Positions 31,223-40,902 of a stretch of 64,000 bases of DNA are shown here, in pieces. The DNA comes from an uncultured Ruminococcus sp. GTDB taxonomy: Bacteria; Bacillota; Clostridia; Oscillospirales; Ruminococcaceae. Location of the stretch: the NCBI GenBank assembly GCA_900539835.1, contig UQDR01000006.1, forward strand, positions 34,255 to 98,254, read 5' to 3'. The notes under the pieces were generated by a model that saw only the letters and a list, made by a program, of their open reading frames with translations, was not told where the DNA came from and ran no database searches. The stretch's first letter is position 1. Each line of letters begins with the position of its first letter. Position numbers and translations under genes: made by a program.

Positions 31223-31804
31223 TTATATTGTTAATATGGGCTGAAGCTGTTTTCCTTCCATAGCAGCTTCTATGGTTTCGGGAATTTTGCTGAAATCAGC
31301 CACTATTGAGTTGGGCTTGCTTTGAAAATTATCCTGTGAATATGGCACAAAAAAGTAATTTTTATAATTCTGAAGCATACCGATGTTTTTAGCACATCCG
31401 GCAAGTGCATCGTTAGTGGAAACAGCTATAACAACAGGTCTGCTGTTTCTGAGATGTGACTTAACAGCCATGGTGACCGGAGTATCGGTGATACCTAATG
31501 CCAGCTTTGCAAGAGTGTTTGCGGTGCAGGGGGCAACAACAAGTATGTCAAGCATTTTATTAGGGCCGATTGGCTCAGCCGATTCTATGGAATCTATAAT
31601 GTCATGGCCGCAGATGTCTTTAATCTTACTGCGGTTTTCTTCAGAAGTTCCGAAACGAGTCGAAATGTTTGATGCGTTGAAAGACATTATCGGAATAACC
31701 TCTGCACCCGTTTTGGATAGGGCTTCGGCAGATTGAAAAGCTTTTTCAAAGGTACAGAACGAGCCGCACATGCCAAAACCTATTTTCAGTCCTGAAAGCG
31801 ACAT
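31223..31804 (-). CDS. dpaB: dipicolinate synthase subunit B
   Basis: 193-aa flavoprotein-like sequence (GMCGSFCT..VVAPCTANTLAK) typical of SpoVFB. Confidence 0.8.
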   Translation of the reverse strand: MSLSGLKIGFGMCGSFCTFEKAFQSAEALSKTGAEVIPIMSFNASNISTRFGTSEENRSKIKDICGHDIIDSIESAEPIGPNKMLDILVVAPCTANTLAKLALGITDTPVTMAVKSHLRNSRPVVIAVSTNDALAGCAKNIGMLQNYKNYFFVPYSQDNFQSKPNSIVADFSKIPETIEAAMEGKQLQPILTI

Positions 31805-31899
31805 TTAACCACCCCTTTCTGTGAGAAACAGATATAAGGGTATATAATGCCTATTTAGCTATGTTTTCAAATAAGTATACACGTTTTTTACACGATAAA

Positions 31900-33033
31900 T
31901 TATATACTGATACAATTTAAAACTGCTGTTGCTCTGTCTTTTTCGCTCGGATATAAGTGAGAGTATGTGCTTAGTGTAATAGAGATATCAGAATGACCTA
32001 ACCGTCTTGCTACCTCTTGTATATTAATACCATTGTGCACAAGCATACTTGCATGGCTATGCCGGAAATCATGCAATCGTATACGTTTCAAGCATGCTAA
32101 ATTAGCGAATTTTTCGTTTGCAGCTCTCACAGCGCTATCTCGGATGGGATGTATACCACCGCATATATATTCTGTATGATGATAAACCCCTTGTTCTTTG
32201 ATTCGGTTTCTATGAGTTTCTATAACAGTTTTTAAAGGTGTTGGAATAGTAATATCACGGATTGACTGTGCATTTTTGGGAGGTGTAATTCTATCACTTC
32301 CCTGAAGTTTCTGATTAAGGGATTTTGTAATATAAATAGTATCATCCTTTAAATCATCCCATGTCAAGGCATAAATTTCACCTTTACGCATACCACAAAA
32401 AAATGCTATGCAAAAAAAGACATAATAATTCCATGCATATGCATTTCCACAAGATTCCTGTTCAACACACCATTTTTTAGCGGCTAAAATATATAATTTA
32501 AACTCATCAAGAGTGTAGAAATCCATCTTTTTTGGTGGTTCTAATGGTGCTCTAAACGTACCGATTTTATCAAGTGGGTTTGTAGCGATATACTCCATTT
32601 TTACACCGAAGTTTAGCAATGCGTGAAATTTTTTATAAATAGCTCGTTCTGTGTTAATCGAATAACCTTTAGCAGCAATGTTGTTTTTCCATTCTTGCAA
32701 GATTGCGGGATTTAACTTATCAAGTCGATATTCACCTAAATCCGGTAAGATATGTTGAGTAATAATTTGATTAGTATTGTTGAGTGTACTCTCTCTTATC
32801 TCATGACTTTTGGCCTTAATGAATTCATTATATAATGTCTGTATGGTTAAACGCTGTGAAGGCTTTTGCTGTTTAATCTGATAACTTAATTCACGCTCCA
32901 GTTGTTTGGCTTCTTCGTTGCCATAAGCAACACGGTCAATTTGTTTTGAGTTACCATAGCTGTCAACGTAATTAATACGCACACGGTATTTTTGCTTGCC
33001 GTTTTTCTTGCCTTGCATTTTATAAATCGGCAT
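31900..33033 (-). CDS. int: tyrosine-type site-specific integrase
   Basis: C-terminal catalytic motifs HDFRHS..LGHSDISITLSTYSH..Y. Confidence 0.9.
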   Translation of the reverse strand: MPIYKMQGKKNGKQKYRVRINYVDSYGNSKQIDRVAYGNEEAKQLERELSYQIKQQKPSQRLTIQTLYNEFIKAKSHEIRESTLNNTNQIITQHILPDLGEYRLDKLNPAILQEWKNNIAAKGYSINTERAIYKKFHALLNFGVKMEYIATNPLDKIGTFRAPLEPPKKMDFYTLDEFKLYILAAKKWCVEQESCGNAYAWNYYVFFCIAFFCGMRKGEIYALTWDDLKDDTIYITKSLNQKLQGSDRITPPKNAQSIRDITIPTPLKTVIETHRNRIKEQGVYHHTEYICGGIHPIRDSAVRAANEKFANLACLKRIRLHDFRHSHASMLVHNGINIQEVARRLGHSDISITLSTYSHLYPSEKDRATAVLNCISI

Positions 33034-33166
33034 AATTTCCTCCTATTTCTTGACATCTTAATCTTAATGTGCTACAATAAAAGGGCAGAATTCACCCTTT
33101 GTAGTGATTGGGTCAGTTCGTTTTGCCGTCTGTTTTTTGTGGTGATTAACAGACGGTGATTTTTTA

Positions 33167-34099
33167 TTATTTTAACAACTCTTCCCAATCATCGGGGAAC
33201 CCCATTTCTTTTAATATTTGGTGCCGATAATAATCGTTTAAGTGGTTAAATGAGGTAGTTACAATAGTAGATAAATCGGTTGTAAAATTAGAAAAATCTC
33301 TTTGTGGCAATAAATATTTTAAACAAATACAAACATTAAAGAGATCATTTTTGCTTTTGCTGCAATAATCAGGAAGTGTTTTGTGTATAGGTAAATCAAT
33401 TATTGAACTTTTAGTTTTAAAGTTATAAAGTCGCTCGCCATGAGCACATACATTTCTAAATTTAGAAAGAACATTTAACATAGAAGATAGTTGATTACCA
33501 TATACATCTTTAAAATTTCGAGCAATTTTACTTTGTAATTCTTGTCTTGAAAAAGAAAACAATTTAGATAAGTTTCCGAAGGTTAATGTTTGAATTATTA
33601 CCCATAGAGGAATAGTGTCATGCTTCTTCTTATAATGTTCTATATATTTATATTTGGATGAATTATCAATGTTATTTTTGATTATAGATACGCAAGTATT
33701 AATTTCACATTGGTATTTTTTATAATTATAGTTAGTTACATTTAGGTAGTCATTTTGTTTGTCACCATATGTTTCGCAGAAATGATATGAATATAGTGAT
33801 TTTATATGTTTCTCAATTGAGATTATTCTATGTAAGAAAATATTACGTAAATAATCATCTAAATAATAAAGATTAACCATGTCTTCAAAGCAAGAGTCTG
33901 ATCTGTAGTTTCCGTTTCGTTCTATTTTAAATATGTCTTTATAGCCAGAAACAAGAGAATAGTAACTGAATTCCTTTAAAAAAACAATAGCCTTTTCTTC
34001 ATTAATAAATGATAATTTTTTCTCTTTTAACAGTGCTATTTGTTCATCATAAGTCATAAAAATTTTATCTGGTTTCATAAAACAAAAAACCCCCTGCAT
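33167..34099 (-). CDS. Abi_2 (AbiD/AbiF-like) abortive-infection family protein
   Basis: 310 aa. The FGNLSKLFS and RNVCAHGERLYN motifs match the Abi_2 family. Confidence 0.65.
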   Translation of the reverse strand: MQGVFCFMKPDKIFMTYDEQIALLKEKKLSFINEEKAIVFLKEFSYYSLVSGYKDIFKIERNGNYRSDSCFEDMVNLYYLDDYLRNIFLHRIISIEKHIKSLYSYHFCETYGDKQNDYLNVTNYNYKKYQCEINTCVSIIKNNIDNSSKYKYIEHYKKKHDTIPLWVIIQTLTFGNLSKLFSFSRQELQSKIARNFKDVYGNQLSSMLNVLSKFRNVCAHGERLYNFKTKSSIIDLPIHKTLPDYCSKSKNDLFNVCICLKYLLPQRDFSNFTTDLSTIVTTSFNHLNDYYRHQILKEMGFPDDWEELLK

Positions 34100-34321
34100 A
34101 AAGCAGAAGGTTCTTTGAGGTCACGGTCCCACAGGATCCCGCAACGCGATCACTAATATTAGGATAACAAATTTTTTTCAATTTGTCAATACCCTAAGAT
34201 AGCTACGCTATTATTTTTATGCACTTCTGCTAATTTTATTCATGTTTTTTAAGCAATTTTTATAAATCTCTATTTCTTGACCCTCACTGTTTGCCGCCGG
34301 TAAGGGGCGTTTTTGTTTATA

Positions 34322-34801
34322 TTAGTGCGTATTTATTTCGTTTAATTCGTGAATTAATGTTGATGTTCTTTCCAAGTACTCAGGCAAAGGTATCTTTATA
34401 CCTATAGTGTAAGGTGTGGTAGTCGGATAAAAATATTCAGCATATTTTACTCCTGCATATTTAGCAATAGATTTTAAGTGCTTCTTCAATTTAGATACCT
34501 TCGTTTGTTCATGCAGGCTACATTCAAAAATAGCTGTATTTGTTTCATAATGTATGACAATTTTCTCAACTGTTACATATAGATCGTTTAAATAAAAATA
34601 AGATGCAAAACTCGTCCCCACTGAAGTTAGATAATTCTGATATATTTCTTTGTTTTTTTCTAAGTCATTCAAAAGTGTTGATTTTATACTGTATTTTTCA
34701 AGGTTTTCTCTATCGTTTTCCTTAGATTGTGTCACATTCAAAAAATCTTGATTAGGCTCTTTATTTGATGAATACATTAAAAATCTTAATTTATTTTCCA
34801 T
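34322..34801 (-). CDS. hypothetical protein (prophage accessory)
   Basis: 159 aa with no recognisable domain. Confidence 0.4.
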   Translation of the reverse strand: MENKLRFLMYSSNKEPNQDFLNVTQSKENDRENLEKYSIKSTLLNDLEKNKEIYQNYLTSVGTSFASYFYLNDLYVTVEKIVIHYETNTAIFECSLHEQTKVSKLKKHLKSIAKYAGVKYAEYFYPTTTPYTIGIKIPLPEYLERTSTLIHELNEINTH

Positions 34802-34971
34802 TTTTATTTTTCCTTATCATCTCCATATCAGTATTAACGGTACTGGTGGGGATTTTTTATTATATATTTGTTAACAAATTTTTCAATGCTTATTTCTTTC
34901 ATGATAATACTTCATTTTTTAATTCTGATTATTTATGTAGTTTCAATTACTTAATGGAGGGTATTTATATT

Positions 34972-36591
34972 TTAATTAGCAGGACTTATCGACCAATCTC
35001 CATCTGAAGTAATTTCAAAAAACATACTTCCTGAATCATCAGAACGTACAACACCGTTATAATTACCAATTTCGTTTACAAGAAGATCATAGTCGCCTTC
35101 GTTTTCTGTATAATGAGCTTTAACAGAAAAGTAAGCCTCTGAATTATTATTGGTTATTTTCCAATTGTGATTTGTTGTTAAAAATACGCTTGTTACGGAG
35201 TCACCATGTCCATTGAAAGATGAACCGTCTGTTATACCTATAGCAAATGCATTAATAGACCAGTTGCCGTCTGAACTAATTTCAATGTCATAATTACCGC
35301 CCTCTGGAATTAAAACAGTTCCATTATAAGGGCCTATTTCGTTTACTAATAATTCGTAATCACCTGTGTCGTTGTTGTGTGCTTTTACAGAAAAATAACG
35401 AGAACCATCATGTGATATAGATAATACTCCATAATGTTCTACAATTAATCCTTGTGCCACATAGTCACCTGTTCCGTTTGCACTCCAGCCATTTACTGCT
35501 GAGGGATTATAAAGTGTTTTCACTGGTTTAGTAGTTGGTCGTTTAGTCGTAGTTGTTGGTTTTGGCATTGTAGTCGTTGCGGTGCTTGTATTTGTATTAG
35601 TTTCATAATATTCAGCTTTTAGGGTTGGTACATAATCAGTTACACCTGTCAAAGCACGTTCAAGTTTTGATGTACCGTCATACGTGCCGTAAAAAGTTAC
35701 TATATCATCTTCTAATATTCTGGACTCATCTTCACTTAAATAGTATTCAACATACCATTCTTTATCTAAATAAGTATCTCCTGAATGAATATCGTAGTCC
35801 TCATAACAACGGTAAGCATTCGTTGAAAAGCCACTTGACATAACTTGTTGTACTTCAACAGTAATTTTTAATTTTTTTCCTACATATGTATTTGGATTTC
35901 TCGCTAAATCTTTATATGAAACCTCAATACAACTTGCTATAAAGTTCTCTTTATCTTTTTTAGCTTGTTCTTGTTTTTTCTGTTCCTCTAATTTTTGTTT
36001 TTGCTGTTCAACTTGTTCCTTTTTTCGCCTAACTGCTTCTTGTGCTACACGATCAGCTTCCGCTGTATCTTTCTCTGATTGAGCATCTTCATAGTAAATC
36101 TTTTCACTATTAGCAGCTGTTGTTTTTGGAACTGTTGTAGACACATTTGCATCACTATTCTCTTTTTCACTTGGCGGTGCAACAAAGACAGTAATAAAAA
36201 CTATAGCGATAAAAATAAGTAAACTAATTAAAATAATTTTGGCAGTGTTATTTCTGAAAACGTAATCTAAACTTTTGTTTGCATTTTCATTTATAGGTTT
36301 AGGAGTTAAACATTTTGAACATATCTCATCTGCACCTTTATTTTCTTGATTACAAATCGGACAAGTCCAAGAAGATGAAGAATCAACATTTTTGCTATTG
36401 CTATAATCCATTTTGAAATCACTATCTTTATGAAAAATTTCTCTTTTAATTTCATCAATAGTCATTGTTTTGATTTTTTCTTCAGGCAACTGTGCTTGAA
36501 GATAGCATGATTCGCATATAAACCCGTCAAGGCAACGATATTTTTTCTCTAATAAGCCTAATTCTGTTCTGCAAACTTTACATTCTCTCAT
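34972..36591 (-). CDS. zinc-ribbon membrane-anchored protein with a coiled coil, T/P-rich linker and two tandem ~75-aa beta-rich repeats
   Basis: Two CxxC..CxxC ribbons, one TM segment, a KKEQVEQQKQKLEEQKKQEQ coiled coil, linker TNTNTSTATTTMPKPTTTTKRPTTKP, and an internal repeat YFSVKAH..GDY(E/D)LLVNEIG.YNG.. Confidence 0.6.
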   Translation of the reverse strand: MRECKVCRTELGLLEKKYRCLDGFICESCYLQAQLPEEKIKTMTIDEIKREIFHKDSDFKMDYSNSKNVDSSSSWTCPICNQENKGADEICSKCLTPKPINENANKSLDYVFRNNTAKIILISLLIFIAIVFITVFVAPPSEKENSDANVSTTVPKTTAANSEKIYYEDAQSEKDTAEADRVAQEAVRRKKEQVEQQKQKLEEQKKQEQAKKDKENFIASCIEVSYKDLARNPNTYVGKKLKITVEVQQVMSSGFSTNAYRCYEDYDIHSGDTYLDKEWYVEYYLSEDESRILEDDIVTFYGTYDGTSKLERALTGVTDYVPTLKAEYYETNTNTSTATTTMPKPTTTTKRPTTKPVKTLYNPSAVNGWSANGTGDYVAQGLIVEHYGVLSISHDGSRYFSVKAHNNDTGDYELLVNEIGPYNGTVLIPEGGNYDIEISSDGNWSINAFAIGITDGSSFNGHGDSVTSVFLTTNHNWKITNNNSEAYFSVKAHYTENEGDYDLLVNEIGNYNGVVRSDDSGSMFFEITSDGDWSISPAN

Positions 36592-36645
36592 AATTCTGTC
36601 ACTCCTAAATTATTGCTTTTTTGGCGCTCATATATCCGCTTGAAA

Positions 36646-37134
36646 TTAATCACTTGTTTTAACGAACAAATCTTCAAAATAGTGTAAATCATCAAAAAAT
36701 TGATCTATCTCTGATTGAGTAGGAGCTTTTTCTTTCATTTTTTCGAAGAAAGATTCCATACTGTTTGTTAAATCTTTTAATTCATCTAATAACTGATCAT
36801 TAAAATCATTTAGAGTGTTATTGCTGTAGTATTTTGAAAGTGTATTTGTATTGTCTAATATGTTACGTTGAACTTCATCATGAAGAATATATAATTTTAA
36901 AGTTAAATCATGAGCTTGTTCTTGAGTCAAAGTACTATTGGTAATATATAAATCACACATATCAGAAAAAAGGGAATAACATTTCTGAGCTTGTGTTAAT
37001 TCTGTATATGAACTGTTATATATCGCTTCGTCTGAGTTGTCGTTGTAATTTGCTTTGCAGGAAGCAAGACCCAATATAAAAGTAAGACATAACACAAAAT
37101 ATATTATTTGTTTCATAATTCTGTCACTCTCCAA
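36646..37134 (-). CDS. lipoprotein, hypothetical
   Basis: Lipobox LASC. 162 aa. Confidence 0.5.
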   Translation of the reverse strand: MESDRIMKQIIYFVLCLTFILGLASCKANYNDNSDEAIYNSSYTELTQAQKCYSLFSDMCDLYITNSTLTQEQAHDLTLKLYILHDEVQRNILDNTNTLSKYYSNNTLNDFNDQLLDELKDLTNSMESFFEKMKEKAPTQSEIDQFFDDLHYFEDLFVKTSD

Positions 37135-37614
37135 TAATAAGTTAATGCTTACATTTTACCACATATAAATCCAAAAATCAACAACATTTAATAATTTAAT
37201 ATAATTAACTTATTGTTTCAATTTATTATATGAAAAACCATATACTTAACAGGATTTCAAAGTGTCGAATATTGTCGCTTTGCACAATTTTTCGACTCTT
37301 ATTTGTAAAATGTCATAAAATTTTAAAAGTGCTCGAATTATTTGCACAAGTCTTTTTGCGTATTGATTATAAATAATAGCAACGTCAGATAAAAATAAAA
37401 TGTAATTTTTGCTGTACGTTTATTCGGACATATATCTATTGACAAAACAAAACATTTGTTCTATAATAAGAATGTAGTAAAAAAATAATTAGAAAGGATA
37501 ACTCGCCCATGAAAAACTTGCCAAACACAACCGACAAAGAAATCTTAAAAGAATACTTAATCCAAAGAATGGAATACTTATGTGAACTTAAGAAAAAGAA
37601 AAGGAGCAAAGTCG

Positions 37615-37956
37615 CTAACTCTGCTCCTCCAACCAAATTAAGTACTCTACATAACTGATAAGACCTTTTAGAGTTTCCACGTCATCAATAGACTCTACAA
37701 GGGCAATCATACTTTCCTTGAACTCTTCGATGTTTTCATCGGAGGGTTCTTTTTGTATGCAGTAATCTTGAAAAATAAAATTTGGTTCGCAGTCAAGAAC
37801 TTCAAATAGTTTATGAAAATTAGCCTCTTTAGGAGAGGTTAATTCTACTTCCCAACTGCCAATAGCGCCAGCAGATACGCCCATTAAATCGGCAAGTTCT
37901 TTTTGAGATAGTCCTAACTGTTCCCTACGTTCTTTTATACGTTTGCCTGCCGCCAT
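37615..37956 (-). CDS. XRE-family phage repressor (cI-like)
   Basis: HTH LSQKELADLMGVSAGAIGSWE. Divergent from the cro-like gene. Confidence 0.8.
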   Translation of the reverse strand: MAAGKRIKERREQLGLSQKELADLMGVSAGAIGSWEVELTSPKEANFHKLFEVLDCEPNFIFQDYCIQKEPSDENIEEFKESMIALVESIDDVETLKGLISYVEYLIWLEEQS

Positions 37957-38104
37957 TTATATATTCACCTCTTTTCTTTCTTAATATTATACATTATTTT
38001 ACTTAGTTTTTCAATAGTTTTTTTGTAAAAATATTGCACACATGATGCACAAAATTTCAGCAAATCTTTGTGCATTTTTACTCAGAAAAACTAATTAAAA
38101 ATGC

Positions 38105-38157
38105 TTGACAAATTAGAAAAAATGAGTATAATATAAATATACTTAGTAAAACTAAGT
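38105..38157 (+). promoter_or_regulatory. PR-like promoter (TTGACA 38105-38110, TATAAT 38127-38132) with palindromic operator ACTTAGTAAAACTAAGT (38141-38157)
   Basis: Read from the sequence. A half-site TTACTTAGT also occurs at 37998-38006 next to the cI start. Confidence 0.65.
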
Positions 38158-38174
38158 GAAAAGAAAGGCGGTGA

Positions 38175-38390
38175 TTGATTATGAAAGTGACACCTATCTC
38201 AGAAAATCTAAGAAAGATTCTATCTGAAAGAGGTCTTAAACAAAAGTATTTAGCTGTAAGAGTTGGACTTAATGAAGCACAAATTAGTAATATGCTAAAT
38301 GGTAGGCGAGTAATTGACGAACCCACCATAGTAAGTCTTGCTGAAGCCTTAGACGTAGACTTTAATACGCTTTTTGGATACCACAAGTAA
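38175..38390 (+). CDS. Cro-like XRE HTH protein
   Basis: 71 aa. HTH LKQKYLAVRVGLNEAQISNMLNG. Confidence 0.8.
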   Translation: MIMKVTPISENLRKILSERGLKQKYLAVRVGLNEAQISNMLNGRRVIDEPTIVSLAEALDVDFNTLFGYHK

Positions 38391-38544
38391 TTTTTTAACA
38401 CGGAAAGCGGGGTGAGGGGAATGAAACTGATTAAAAAAATTTTTGGTTTTAAATTGGAATTTTCGCCCAAAGAATTGGCGGAGCTTGTATCATTATTTCA
38501 AAATCAGCCAGAGAGTTTTTTAGGAAAAGTAAAAGACCTTAAAA

Positions 38545-38892
38545 CTACTGAAAAAAAGAAATGATTGATTTGACAATGGGCTTAAATTTCTCATACAAAT
38601 CAGCACTGGCCGCAAGAAGTTTAATAATTTCTGAGATTTTATCTACTGCTTGTTTAAATGTCGTTTTTTTAGAGATTTGATTTGAGATGTCTGATATAAC
38701 TTTATGATTTATTTGTGGTTCTAACTCCAAACTCTTGCATAATTCACTTAGTTTTTCAAAAACAGATATTGAAATAGGTTTATTGTCCTCTTTAACTTTG
38801 GCGAGTAATTCTGGAACACCTAATTCAAGTTCTTCATAAGTGAAGTTGTCAAGTTCCTGATATGTGAAGTTAGATAATTCATCGTATGTCAC
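38545..38892 (-). CDS. hypothetical protein
   Basis: 115 aa with an N-terminal NFTY(Q/E)ELD triple repeat. Confidence 0.4.
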   Translation of the reverse strand: MTYDELSNFTYQELDNFTYEELELGVPELLAKVKEDNKPISISVFEKLSELCKSLELEPQINHKVISDISNQISKKTTFKQAVDKISEIIKLLAASADLYEKFKPIVKSIISFFQ

Positions 38893-38985
38893 GTGTTTTT
38901 CCTCCTTTCAATATTAATTTTCTACATTATACTATAAAGTGAGGGGATATGCAACAACTTGATAAAGAAAAAGGAGGTGAGGGAA

Positions 38986-39315
38986 GTGGAGCGTAATAAA
39001 GAGAATTTATTAGAAGAAGCGGAGAACGCTTTAATTGAGTTTATCATAAGAGTTTCTAAAGGAAATGCGACCTGCGAAACAGAAGTTGCAGTTCTGCCAC
39101 AGGTCGCAAATGCTTTGTTAGAGTACGAGATTAATAAAGGGAAGCCTAAAGAAATAGTTGACCTTGCGTTACAGTGTCAGCTATCACAAAAAAAATCTGA
39201 GGCTATTGAATCAATGCGACTTGCTACTAAACAAGTTTTCTCAAAGTTCTGTGATGATTTTAATATGCACAACGAGAAAATAGATGCAGCTCTTGAAAAA
39301 TTGTCTAAGGAATGA
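38986..39315 (+). CDS. hypothetical protein
   Basis: Probable GTG start behind RBS AAGGAGGTGA. The ORF track shows a TTG start at 38959. Confidence 0.45.
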   Translation: MERNKENLLEEAENALIEFIIRVSKGNATCETEVAVLPQVANALLEYEINKGKPKEIVDLALQCQLSQKKSEAIESMRLATKQVFSKFCDDFNMHNEKIDAALEKLSKE

Positions 39316-39420
39316 ACTTAGTTAAAAAATCTGATAATTCTATAAAGCCCATTTGTGTGTTTAGACGTGGCAGTATAGGACAAAATTCAATTAGCATAAA
39401 ATAAAAAAGGAGGTGGTTAC

Positions 39421-39687
39421 GTGAAACAGCCGGACATCGAAAAAGCAGTAACAATGTACTACAACATGACCGAAATAGGAACAGCGGAAATAAAAGAGCT
39501 TTTTAGCATTGGAAATACAAGTGCTGCAAATTTAAAACGCAAGGTGTATGACGAAATGGCTAAGAGGGGAGTACGAAATTATTATCCTCACTGTGTAAAA
39601 ACAGATATAGCTTTTGAGGTTTTTGGATTGGATATTGAGGACCTGGAAAGACGTTTAAAAGCTAAAAGACGGCTGAAATTAGTATAA
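39421..39687 (+). CDS. hypothetical early protein
   Basis: 88 aa, GTG start with RBS AAGGAGGTGG. Confidence 0.45.
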   Translation: MKQPDIEKAVTMYYNMTEIGTAEIKELFSIGNTSAANLKRKVYDEMAKRGVRNYYPHCVKTDIAFEVFGLDIEDLERRLKAKRRLKLV

Positions 39688-39705
39688 AAAAATAGGATGT
39701 AAAAA

Positions 39706-39978
39706 TTGTGGACAAGCCTAAAACTTGTGAAAGGAGCGGCTAACCCCATGAGTGACACAGCAAAAATAATTTTGTTAGCAATGCTTTGGACAGGGATAAT
39801 GTTCGGCTGTGCAAAAATCGGCGGAGGCTTTGGATTTACGGTATTGATGTTAGTGACAGCAGTGCTTGCAGCTCTGATTTACGCTGAGGATTGCAAAGAG
39901 CGGGCAAGTAACTCAAAGCAACGTAAATTGCTAAATGAGAGATTTAAGCAGGAGCTGCGTGAAGCAGAAAAGTATTAA
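39706..39978 (+). CDS. small membrane protein
   Basis: 90 aa, 2 TM segments. Confidence 0.4.
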   Translation: MWTSLKLVKGAANPMSDTAKIILLAMLWTGIMFGCAKIGGGFGFTVLMLVTAVLAALIYAEDCKERASNSKQRKLLNERFKQELREAEKY

Positions 39979-40091
39979 GGAGAGAAAAAACATGAAAATC
40001 GCATTACTGATAGCGGCAACGATTATGCTTGCACCGACAATGGCAGCGATAGTGCTGTGCCTGATAAGTAAAAATGATAGGGAGGATCACA

Positions 40092-40322
40092 ATGAACAAA
40101 TTAAGACGCAAGGCTTTAGAAAAATTAAATGAGGTTATTGCGGAGGCAAAAGAAAGATTAGAGGAAATTTATAACGAAGAAAACGATTATCTTGAAAATA
40201 TACCCGAAAACTTGCAAGGATCGGAAAGATACGAAAAAGCCGAGAGTGCAACATATGCGATCGGAGAGGCGATAGAAGCACTTGATAGCACAATAGATTA
40301 CATAGAAGAAGCTATGGAATGA
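40092..40322 (+). CDS. hypothetical early protein
   Basis: Start at the ATG following GGAGGATCACA. Confidence 0.45.
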   Translation: MNKLRRKALEKLNEVIAEAKERLEEIYNEENDYLENIPENLQGSERYEKAESATYAIGEAIEALDSTIDYIEEAME

Positions 40323-40336
40323 TAAGGAGGATCACA

Positions 40337-40609
40337 ATGGATAACAAAATAAAAGAGCCTGCACAGTCTGCCAACTGTACAAGCTCAGAAAATAATTTAC
40401 CTAAGTATGATGATACATCATGTTGCAGGATTTGTCAAGAGAATCTGTTAAAAAAATTAGAAGCGATAGAACATACATTAAGTCCGGAGGTATTTGAGGA
40501 CGTTGAGTTATTAAACATCGCATTGTTAAGTGGGATTATCGGTGAGGCTCACGGTATGATACGGATGTTAAAAATGGATTTAGAAACGGCAGGTGACCGC
40601 AATGAGTAA
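40337..40609 (+). CDS. hypothetical early protein
   Basis: The same duplicated AGGAGGATCACAATG initiation context. Confidence 0.45.
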   Translation: MDNKIKEPAQSANCTSSENNLPKYDDTSCCRICQENLLKKLEAIEHTLSPEVFEDVELLNIALLSGIIGEAHGMIRMLKMDLETAGDRNE

Positions 40610-40692
40610 TTGCAAATGTCAGAAGTGCGGACGAAAAGCGCATAAGAGCGGATATGGATTTGCGTATTGCCTGAGGTGCTATTTAAGGATTT

Positions 40693-40902
40693 ATGGGGTG
40701 CAGTTTGATGATTAAATATGAAAACGAGTGTGTTGATTGCGGTAAACCATGTTTAGGTCAGAGCTGTCCTAATTACAGTGTTCCTCACTTTTATTGTGAT
40801 GAGTGTGGAGATGAAGCAGACGAACTCAGAGAAATTGACGGCGAGCAGCTTTGTAATGAGTGTCTGTGTGTAAGATTTCCGTTGGTGGAGGTTACAGCAT
40901 GA
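40693..40902 (+). CDS. zinc-finger protein
   Basis: CxxC..C..C..CDEC..CNEC cysteine clusters. Confidence 0.45.
   Translation: MGCSLMIKYENECVDCGKPCLGQSCPNYSVPHFYCDECGDEADELREIDGEQLCNECLCVRFPLVEVTA

Noticed and set aside
37509-37659. 49-aa + strand ORF convergent with and overlapping the cI 3' end
   Set aside because: It has a weak RBS and overlaps the repressor gene. It could be a small protein, but the evidence is insufficient.
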